Origin: Armatimonadota bacterium
Lineage (GTDB): Bacteria > Armatimonadota > Zipacnadia > Zipacnadales > UBA5352
Direction: 5' to 3'
Length of the DNA stretch: 33,027 nucleotides
Assembly: GCA_034722055.1 (NCBI GenBank)
Contig: JAYENL010000174.1
Span: 1 to 33,027, forward strand
Shown: piece after piece, positions 17,826 through 25,410 of the stretch
Layout of the letters: each line of letters starts with the position of its first letter
Position numbering within the stretch: position 1 is the stretch's first letter
Program-made: the position numbers and the translations under genes
The notes under the pieces: model-generated
Told to the model about the DNA's origin: nothing
Database searches by the model: none
Seen by the model: only the letters and a program-made list of their open reading frames with translations

Positions 17826-18758
17826 ATGATCGAGATACGGGGGCTGACCAAGCGATACGGTGACCTGACCGCGGTGGACAACCTGTGGCTGACCGTGGAG
17901 CGTGGCGACGCCGTGGCCTTCATCGGCCCCAACGGGGCCGGCAAGACCACGACCATCCGCATGCTCGCCACCCTTCTGGAGCCCAACGCCGGCACCGCTC
18001 GAGTGGCCGGCTACGACGTGCTGGAGGAGCCTGAAGAGGTGCGCGCGCGGGTGGGCTACATGCCCGACTTCTTCGGCATGTACGATGACATGATGGTGTG
18101 GGAGTACCTGGACTTCTTTGCCGCCGCCCACCGCGTGCCGCGCAGCCGGCGACCGGGCCTGATCGGCGACGTCCTGGAGCTGACCGACCTGGGCCCGCGG
18201 CGCGACCACTCCGTCAACTCCCTCTCCCGCGGAATGAAGCAGCGGCTCTGCCTGGCGAAGACCCTGGTGCACGACCCGGACGTGCTGCTGCTGGACGAGC
18301 CGGCCTCCGGGCTGGATCCCCGGGCGCGCATGGAGGTCCGCGAGCTGCTGCGGGAGCTGTGCAAGCTGGAGAAGACGCTGCTGATCTCCTCGCACATCCT
18401 CCCCGAGCTCGCCGGGCTGTGCAATAAGATCGCCATCATCGAGGAGGGGGAGCTGGTCACCTCCGGCGCGGTGGAGGACATCTCCGCGCAACTGGCGGGC
18501 GGCAAGCAGCTTCTCATCGACGTCTGCGAGCGCTCCGTGGAGGCCTGCCAGTTCCTGACGACGCTGCCGGCGGTGGCCTCGGTGGTGGAGCACGACAGCC
18601 GCATCGAGGCCGTCTACCACGGCGAGGCCGGGCAGGAGTGGCAGGTGCTGACGGCCCTGGTGCAGGCGGGCTTCAAGGTCCGGGGCTTCGCCGAGGAGGA
18701 GATCGACCTGGAGACCATCTACGTGCGCTCCACGCGGGGGCTGGGCGCCGATGGTTGA
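17826..18758 (+). CDS. ABC transporter ATP-binding protein (ABC-2/DrrA-like exporter type)
   Basis: Walker A GPNGAGKTT, signature LSRGMKQR, Walker B LLLDEP, H-loop SSH. ATG 17826 follows SD GAGGGAG. Confidence 0.96.
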   Translation: MIEIRGLTKRYGDLTAVDNLWLTVERGDAVAFIGPNGAGKTTTIRMLATLLEPNAGTARVAGYDVLEEPEEVRARVGYMPDFFGMYDDMMVWEYLDFFAAAHRVPRSRRPGLIGDVLELTDLGPRRDHSVNSLSRGMKQRLCLAKTLVHDPDVLLLDEPASGLDPRARMEVRELLRELCKLEKTLLISSHILPELAGLCNKIAIIEEGELVTSGAVEDISAQLAGGKQLLIDVCERSVEACQFLTTLPAVASVVEHDSRIEAVYHGEAGQEWQVLTALVQAGFKVRGFAEEEIDLETIYVRSTRGLGADG

Positions 18759-19860
18759 GGCGCTGGATCGGGCGTTGCACGCGACGCTGGGGTTCAACCC
18801 CTGCGTGACGCTGCACGAGCTGCGGCTGCGCATGCGTGTCGGGCGGGCATTCTTGTTGCTGTTCCTGTACGTCCTGGTCGCCTCCGGCGCCATGCTGCTG
18901 CCCGTGGGCTTCGAGCTGGCTGCGCAGCACGCCTACTCGGCGAGGATGATGCGGGACCTGGGCCGGACGGCCCTGCACTGGCTGGTCTACACGCAGATCA
19001 CGCTGATCTTCCTCGCGCTGCCGGCCTACGCCGCCTCCACCATCGCCGCCGAGCGCGAGAAGCAGACGCTGGAGATGCTGCGCGCCACCCTCCTCTCGCC
19101 CTGGGACGTGGTGACCGGCAAGCTGCTGGTGGTGCTGGCCTTCGGGGTGGTGCTGCTGGCCACGACGGTGCCGCTGGCGGCCTGGTGTCTGATGCTCGGC
19201 GGCGTGTCGCCCACGGAGGTCCTGCGCGCCTACCTGATAATGGCGGCCACTGCAGCGTGGGTGTCGGCGCTGGGGGTGCTGCTGTCGGCCACGTGCCAGC
19301 GCTCGCTGACCGCCATCGTGGCGACCTATGGGACGCTCATCGGCGTGGCCGTGGCCACCGCCTTGAGCGCCTATGTCATCTTCGCGTGGATGTCCGTCGT
19401 GAGCGGCCACACCCGGACTCAGATGGGCCCAACGGCGGCGGTGGTGCTGGTGGGCATTCCGGTGGTGGCCACGGCGTGGCTGGGGGCGCTGCTGGCGCGA
19501 TGGGTCGTCCAGCGCGTGCCGGCGCTGCGCGGCAGGTGGGCCGGGCGCACGGTGCTGGTGGTGGCCTTCCTGGTGCTTTTGGTGATCGTGGCGGCGCGCG
19601 CCGGACCGCTGATCGTGAAGATGTCCAACGCCGGGTCGGGGACGCTGCTGCTGGTCAACCCCTACCTGGCAGCGGCATCGATGGTCGAAGAGACGGTCCC
19701 GCGCAGCCTGATTGACTCCGCGACCCCCCCGGGCACTACCACGCCCGCCAGGGACCTGCAGGGCTACGTGTGCTCGATCCTCCTGTGGCTGTATCTGACG
19801 GTGGCGGCCACGCTGTGGGTGCTGGCTGCTAACATCTACGCCCGGCGGGAGAGGACGTAA
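18751..19860 (+). CDS. ABC-2 type transporter permease
   Basis: Multiple TM helices and the motif ASTIAAEREKQTLEMLRATLLSPWDVVTGK. Overlaps the ATPase gene by 8 bp. Confidence 0.9.
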   Translation: MVEALDRALHATLGFNPCVTLHELRLRMRVGRAFLLLFLYVLVASGAMLLPVGFELAAQHAYSARMMRDLGRTALHWLVYTQITLIFLALPAYAASTIAAEREKQTLEMLRATLLSPWDVVTGKLLVVLAFGVVLLATTVPLAAWCLMLGGVSPTEVLRAYLIMAATAAWVSALGVLLSATCQRSLTAIVATYGTLIGVAVATALSAYVIFAWMSVVSGHTRTQMGPTAAVVLVGIPVVATAWLGALLARWVVQRVPALRGRWAGRTVLVVAFLVLLVIVAARAGPLIVKMSNAGSGTLLLVNPYLAAASMVEETVPRSLIDSATPPGTTTPARDLQGYVCSILLWLYLTVAATLWVLAANIYARRERT

Positions 19861-19877
19861 GCCGGAGGTGAGGACGA

Positions 19878-21623
19878 GTGGCGGTTGATGCCTCGGCGCT
19901 GATCTCACTGGATGCCGCTCAGGCAGCGTTGCGCGGCCGGCTGAGGTGGCTGCGTCTGTGGGTCCGAGCTCTGCTGTTCGTGCGCCTCGCTATACTGGGT
20001 GTGGCAGTGGCCTCCATCGCCATGGTACTCATCTACGGCGCCGGGCGGCTCTACGGCATCACGCATTCGGCGCAGGATGTGCTCATGCCCCTGGCGCTGG
20101 CCTGCGCCGCGGCGCTGTTCGCCGCACTCATCTGGCCACTGTCGGATCGCCTCATGGCCATGAGCGCCGACCGCAGGGCCGGCCTGTGGGACCGCATGGC
20201 GACGGCCATCGAGCTGTCGGCCGGCGACCGGCCCTCGGGCATGGAGCGGGCGCAGGTCATGGACGCCGTGCGGATGCTCTCGGCCATCCGGCCGCTGCAG
20301 GCCTGGCCGCTGCGCTTCGACCGCGCGGCGAAGGTCGCGGCGGGGGGCCTGGTGGCGCTGCTGGCCGTGCAGCTCGGCCCCATCCCCCCGCTGCTGCTGT
20401 CCCGCCAGGAGCGGGAGGAGCGCGCGGAGCTGCGCGAGATCGCGCGGGAGCTCGAGCCCGCCGCCAGGGAGCTGGAGGAGGAGGCCGAGGAGACCGATGA
20501 CGAGGAGATCGAGCAGGTCTCCCGAGAGCTGCGCCGGCTGACCCAGCAGCTCCGGCGCGGCAAGCTCGACAAGCGCCAGGCGCTGCTGGAGCTGGATGAC
20601 ATGCAGGAGCGTCTGCAGAAGCTGGAGCAGCGCATCCGCCAGCCGTCGCTGAAGACCGCGCGGGAGACCGCCCGCAAGATCGGCCAGCGCGGTCGCCAGG
20701 AGCTGGCGCGCAAGGCCAGAGAGCTGGCGGAGCGGGCGAGCAAGCGCGGCGAGCGCGAGCTGGAGCGTCGCATGAGAGAGCTTGCCGAGCAGGCCCGGGA
20801 GGCGAAGTCCGCCGAACAGATGCGCAAGATCGGCGCTGAGATGCAGACGGCCGCCGAGCAGATGGGCGCCGCGCTGTCGCCTTCGGCACTGCTGGACGCG
20901 CTCTCCGTGGCCCTGGAGGCCGAGGACTGGGCGGCGGCCCTCGAGGGCCTGGAGGCGCTGCAGGGAATGCTGGCCGGCGGCGACCGGCAGCTCACCGAGG
21001 AGGAGGCCAGAGAGCTGGCCCAGCGCCTCGCGGAGCTGGCGGAGAAGCTCAGCGACACCGAGCTGGCGGAGCTGGCCGAGTGCCTGAAGAAGGCCGGCGA
21101 GTGCATGAAGGCGGGCGACTGCAAGGGGGCGGCGGCCTGCCTGGGCCGGTTCGGTGAGCTCAAGGCAGTGGAGTTCCGCGAGGCCCTGAAGCGCGCCGGG
21201 AAGTGCTGCGGCGGCTGCTGCGCGGGCCTCAGAGGCACGTGCTCAGGCCGCGCAGGGATGGGTATCGGCCCAGACAGGGGCAGCCGCCAGTCCATCCCGC
21301 CGGGCACTCCCGGAGCGTCGCTGTACGCGCCGCGGGAGGCGGACGTGGACGCCTCGCCGGAGGCCGTGCGCTCGCACGTGCGGCCCGGCGGTGAGGCCTA
21401 CACCTCGCCGGTGCCCGTGCGCGGCGCCCCGGACGAGGTGGCGCCCTCGCGCGTGCCCTACTACGAGGTCATTGGGGACTACTCCCGGGCTGCCGAGGAC
21501 GCCCTGGAGCGCGAGGAGGTCCCGCCCGCCTACCGCGCCACGGTGCGGCAGTACTTCCAGTCCCTGCAGTCGGCCGAGCCGGCCCCCGACGATTCCGCCG
21601 CGGAGGAGCGAGACGATGGCTGA
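19878..21623 (+). CDS. Membrane-anchored coiled-coil protein with Cys-rich segment
   Basis: GTG start after GGAGGTGAGG. Three N-terminal hydrophobic segments, a long E/R/L/A-rich helical region, 9 Cys in about 54 aa, and C-terminal VPPAYRATVRQYFQSL of the kind found beside MoxR genes. Confidence 0.75.
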   Translation: MAVDASALISLDAAQAALRGRLRWLRLWVRALLFVRLAILGVAVASIAMVLIYGAGRLYGITHSAQDVLMPLALACAAALFAALIWPLSDRLMAMSADRRAGLWDRMATAIELSAGDRPSGMERAQVMDAVRMLSAIRPLQAWPLRFDRAAKVAAGGLVALLAVQLGPIPPLLLSRQEREERAELREIARELEPAARELEEEAEETDDEEIEQVSRELRRLTQQLRRGKLDKRQALLELDDMQERLQKLEQRIRQPSLKTARETARKIGQRGRQELARKARELAERASKRGERELERRMRELAEQAREAKSAEQMRKIGAEMQTAAEQMGAALSPSALLDALSVALEAEDWAAALEGLEALQGMLAGGDRQLTEEEARELAQRLAELAEKLSDTELAELAECLKKAGECMKAGDCKGAAACLGRFGELKAVEFREALKRAGKCCGGCCAGLRGTCSGRAGMGIGPDRGSRQSIPPGTPGASLYAPREADVDASPEAVRSHVRPGGEAYTSPVPVRGAPDEVAPSRVPYYEVIGDYSRAAEDALEREEVPPAYRATVRQYFQSLQSAEPAPDDSAAEERDDG

Positions 21624-22647
21624 GCACGAGGAGATGGCCCAGCAGCGCGCCGAGCAGGAGGCCGGGCGCTTCCGGCAGCTCGTGGATGACCTGCGCACCG
21701 AGGTCGGCACGGTCATCGTGGGGCTCGAGTCCGTGGTGGAGAACACCCTGATCGCGCTGCTGGCCGGCGGGCACGTGCTGCTGGAGGGCGTGCCGGGGCT
21801 GGGCAAGACGCTCCTGGTGCGCACCCTCTCGGAGGCCCTGGACCTGCAGTTCTCCCGCATCCAGTTCACCCCCGACCTGATGCCCGCGGACATCACCGGC
21901 ACCATGGTCCTGTGGGAGGGCCCCGGGGGGGAGCGCGAGTTCCGCTTCCAGCAGGGGCCGATCTTCGCGAACGTCATCCTCGCCGACGAGGTGAATCGGG
22001 CCACGCCCAAGACCCAGTCGGCGCTGCTGGAGGCCATGCAGGAGCACTCCGTCTCCGTGGCGGGCACCACGCACGAGCTGCAGGAGCCCTTCCTGGTGTT
22101 CGCCACGCAGAACCCCATCGAGATGGAGGGCACCTACCCGCTGCCGGAGGCTCAGCTCGATCGCTTCCTGTTCAAGGTGCGCGTGCAGTTCCCATCGCTC
22201 GATGAGCTGCACGAGATCATGAACCGCACCACGGGGCTTCAGATGCCCCACGCCCGGCGCGTGGCGAATCGGGAGGAGATCCTGTCGCTGGCGGCGATCG
22301 CCCGGCAGGTGCCGGTGGCCACGCACGTGCAGCAGTTCGGGCTGCGCCTGCTGCTGGCGACTCATCCCGACAACGAGGAGGCGCCCGAGTCCGTGCGGCG
22401 CTTCGTGCGCTACGGGGCCAGCCCCCGCGGCGCTCAGGCGCTGCTGCTGTCGGGGAAGGTCCGGGCGCTGATGGACGGGCGCTTCAACGTGGCGGTGGAG
22501 GACATCAAGGCCTCCGCGCTGCCCTCCCTGCGGCACCGCCTGGTGCTCAACTTCGAGGGCCAGGCGGAGGAGATCGACCCCGACGACCTCATCGGCGAGG
22601 CCATCGAGGCGCTGGAGGCCCGCAGCCAGCGCGACGTGCCGGTGTGA
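21616..22647 (+). CDS. moxR: MoxR family AAA+ ATPase
   Basis: GHVLLEGVPGLGKT, RIQFTPDLMPADITG, ILADEVNRATPKTQSALLEAMQE and ATQNPIEMEGTYPLPEAQLDRF. Start ATG 21616 follows SD GGAGGAG; the track's longer N-terminus is spurious. Confidence 0.97.
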   Translation: MAEHEEMAQQRAEQEAGRFRQLVDDLRTEVGTVIVGLESVVENTLIALLAGGHVLLEGVPGLGKTLLVRTLSEALDLQFSRIQFTPDLMPADITGTMVLWEGPGGEREFRFQQGPIFANVILADEVNRATPKTQSALLEAMQEHSVSVAGTTHELQEPFLVFATQNPIEMEGTYPLPEAQLDRFLFKVRVQFPSLDELHEIMNRTTGLQMPHARRVANREEILSLAAIARQVPVATHVQQFGLRLLLATHPDNEEAPESVRRFVRYGASPRGAQALLLSGKVRALMDGRFNVAVEDIKASALPSLRHRLVLNFEGQAEEIDPDDLIGEAIEALEARSQRDVPV

Positions 22648-22654
22648 TCCGCGA

Positions 22655-23560
22655 ATGAGACGATCCGACAGTGCCGAGGCGGAGCGCGAATATCTGCTTC
22701 CTCCAGACCTGCTGCGGCGGCTGGAGCGGGCGGCCATTGCCTCACGGCACATCTTGGTGGGCCGCACCAAGGGCGAGCGCCGCTCGGCACGCCGCGGGAC
22801 CTCCGTGGAGTTCGCCGACTATCGCGCCTACACGCCGGGCGACGATCTGCGCTACCTCGACTGGAACGCCTACGCCCGGCTGCAGCGGCTGTTCCTGAAG
22901 CTCTTCCACGAGGAGGAGGACCTGCACGTCTACGCCCTGGTGGACGGCTCGGCGTCGATGGACTTCGGGCGGCCCACGAAGTTCGACTGGGCGGTGCGGG
23001 CGGCCGCCGCCCTGGGATACATGGGCCTCTGCGGCGGCGACCGCGTGCAGCTTTACGGCCGCGCCGACGGTGCCACTCAGCGCTCCAGGCAGTTCCGCGG
23101 GCGGGGCAGCGCCCTGCAGATGTTCGGCTGGCTGTCGGCCCTGGAGCCGGGAGGCGAGACCGAGCTGACCGACACCGCCGAGGCCCTGCTGCGCACCCGC
23201 CCCGCGCCGGGCGTCGTCTTCGTCATCTCGGACATGCTCACCGACGACTGGGAGCAGGCCATCAGCCGCCTGGCGGCGGCGAAGGGTGACGTCTGCGTGC
23301 TGCAGGTGTTCGCCCCGGAGGAGGTCGAGCCGCGGCTTCAGGGCGACCTGAAGCTGGTGGACTCCGAGACGGAAGCGGAGCGGGAGCTGACCATGGGCGC
23401 GCGGGTGCTGCGGCAGTACCGCGATACGCGAGACGAGTTCCTCGACGCCGTGCGCGGCGCCTGCAGCCGCTACGGCTTCTGGTATCACTTCACGACCAGC
23501 GACCAGTCGCTGGCGGATGTCATCCTGCGCTCGCTGCGCCGGGTGGGGGTGGTGCAGTGA
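22655..23560 (+). CDS. DUF58 domain protein (vWA-like MoxR partner)
   Basis: GERRSARRGTSVEFADYRAYTPGDDLRYLDWNAYAR, DGSASMDFG and VISD. Lies directly after moxR. Confidence 0.95.
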   Translation: MRRSDSAEAEREYLLPPDLLRRLERAAIASRHILVGRTKGERRSARRGTSVEFADYRAYTPGDDLRYLDWNAYARLQRLFLKLFHEEEDLHVYALVDGSASMDFGRPTKFDWAVRAAAALGYMGLCGGDRVQLYGRADGATQRSRQFRGRGSALQMFGWLSALEPGGETELTDTAEALLRTRPAPGVVFVISDMLTDDWEQAISRLAAAKGDVCVLQVFAPEEVEPRLQGDLKLVDSETEAERELTMGARVLRQYRDTRDEFLDAVRGACSRYGFWYHFTTSDQSLADVILRSLRRVGVVQ

Positions 23561-25407
23561 GCGGCCTGGAGATGCTGGCGCCGGCCGCGCTCTTCGCGCT
23601 GGTGCCGCTGGGCGGCATCATCGTGCTGCTGTACCTGCTGAAGCTGCGGCGGCGGGAGCAGATCGTCCCCTCGGTCTTCCTGTGGCGGCGCGCGGTCGAT
23701 GACGTGCAGGCCAACGCGCCCTTCCAGCGCCTCCGGCCCAACCTCCTGCTGCTCCTGCAACTGCTGGCCCTCGCCGCGGTGGTGGTGGGCCTGGCGGCCC
23801 CGTTCTTCATGGCCCGGCGACTGCCCGACCGCACCGTCGTCGTCGTCCTGGACGCCTCCGCGAGCATGAGGGCCACCGACGTGGAGGGCTCGCGGTTCGA
23901 GCAGGCCCGCCGCCGCGCCCGGGAGATCGTGGCGGCCATGGGCCGTCGCGACGAGGCGGCGCTGATCGTCTGCGGCGCGCGTCCCTCCGTGGCGGTGCCG
24001 ATGACCGGCGACGACCGCCGGCTGCTGCGCGCGCTGCAGCGGGTGGAGCCCACGGACGCGGCCACCAACGTTCGCGACGGACTCATGCTCGGCGCCAGCC
24101 TGGCAGCGAAGCGTTCCGAGTCCACGGTCTACCTGATCAGCGACGGTGGCTTTGGCGAGCTGTCGGATGTACCCGGCGCCGACGTGCGCTTCATCGCGGT
24201 GGGGGAGCGCAACCGGAACGTCGCCATCCTGGCCTTTGAGGTCTCCCGCCCGCCCGGCAGAGCGGAGAGCCAGCTCTTCCTGCGGCTGCGCAACTACGCC
24301 CCCACGGTCATGGACTGTGAGCTGGCCATCTACCACGAGGACGAGGTCATCGACGCCCGGCGCATCGAGTTGCCAGCCGACGACGAGAGGGTGGAGAGCT
24401 GGGAGGCCGCAATTACCGAGCCGGGCCTGATGCGCGCGGAGCTGGCGGCTGAGGACGACCTGGCGGCCGACAACGTGGCCTTCGCGCAGGCCATCCCATC
24501 GGGCGCCCGCAGCGTCCTGGTGGTGGGGCCCGAGAATCTGTTCCTGGAGCAGGCGCTGGTCATCCAGCCCGGCCTGCACGTGCTGCGGGCCGACACGCTC
24601 TCGGCGGAGCAGGCTCGCGCCGCCTACGAGGAGTACGATGTCGTCATCTTCGACCGCGCGCCAGTGCCGGAGCCGCCCGAGCGGGGGGCGGTGATGATGA
24701 TCGCCGCCACCGGCTGGCCGGAGCTGGCCGCCAGCGTGGAGCGGATCGAGGGCCCGGCGATCACCACCTGGGATGAGGAGCACCCGGCGCTTCGCTACGT
24801 GAACTTCCGGGCGATCGGCATCGCCGAGGCCCGGCGGCTGTCTCCGGGCCTGGACGGGGAGGTCATCGCCCGGGCCGGTGACGCCCCGGTGGCGGTGGCG
24901 CTGGAGAGGGAGGGGCTCCGGGGGCTGGCCATAGGCTGGGACCTGCTGGACTCGGACCTGCCCCTGAGGGTCGGCTTCCCGGTGCTGCTCAGCAACGCCG
25001 TGCGCTGGCTGGGTGAGCTGCGGCGGGAGGGCGAGGTCCAGGTGGTGCGGCCGGGGGACACGCTGCGCTTCGCCGCGCCGGTGGCGGTCACGGCGGCCAC
25101 GCTCGTGACGCCGGACGGCCGCAGGCACCGGGTCGAGGCCGGGGGCGAGCAGATCGTCCTGGGGGCCACCGAGCGGGTCGGCGACTACCGGCTCATCGCT
25201 GGGGACCGGCAGTGGCGGTGGGCGGTGGACCTGCGCGACCCCGACGAGTCCGACCTCGCGCCCGGCACCACGCTGGAGCTGGGCGGCCGGACAGTGGCCT
25301 CCGCCCAGCGCGGCCTGGCTGCCGAGCGCCATCTCTGGCCCTGGTTGGCCAGCCTGGCGCTGGTGGCGCTGGTCGCCGAGTGGTATCTCTATCATCGCCG
25401 GTACTGA
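23557..25407 (+). CDS. BatA-type N-terminal membrane domain plus vWA domain protein
   Basis: LLYLLKLRRREQIVPSVFLW...LLLLLQLLALAAVVVGLAAP, MIDAS DASAS, LISDG, and C-terminal TM LWPWLASLALVALVAEWYLY. GTGA overlap. Confidence 0.92.
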   Translation: MSGLEMLAPAALFALVPLGGIIVLLYLLKLRRREQIVPSVFLWRRAVDDVQANAPFQRLRPNLLLLLQLLALAAVVVGLAAPFFMARRLPDRTVVVVLDASASMRATDVEGSRFEQARRRAREIVAAMGRRDEAALIVCGARPSVAVPMTGDDRRLLRALQRVEPTDAATNVRDGLMLGASLAAKRSESTVYLISDGGFGELSDVPGADVRFIAVGERNRNVAILAFEVSRPPGRAESQLFLRLRNYAPTVMDCELAIYHEDEVIDARRIELPADDERVESWEAAITEPGLMRAELAAEDDLAADNVAFAQAIPSGARSVLVVGPENLFLEQALVIQPGLHVLRADTLSAEQARAAYEEYDVVIFDRAPVPEPPERGAVMMIAATGWPELAASVERIEGPAITTWDEEHPALRYVNFRAIGIAEARRLSPGLDGEVIARAGDAPVAVALEREGLRGLAIGWDLLDSDLPLRVGFPVLLSNAVRWLGELRREGEVQVVRPGDTLRFAAPVAVTAATLVTPDGRRHRVEAGGEQIVLGATERVGDYRLIAGDRQWRWAVDLRDPDESDLAPGTTLELGGRTVASAQRGLAAERHLWPWLASLALVALVAEWYLYHRRY

Positions 25408-25410
25408 ATC

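Noticed and set aside
21391..21615. 75-aa N-terminal extension of MoxR
   Set aside because: It overlaps the upstream gene in another frame and is low-complexity. ATG 21616 has a strong SD.
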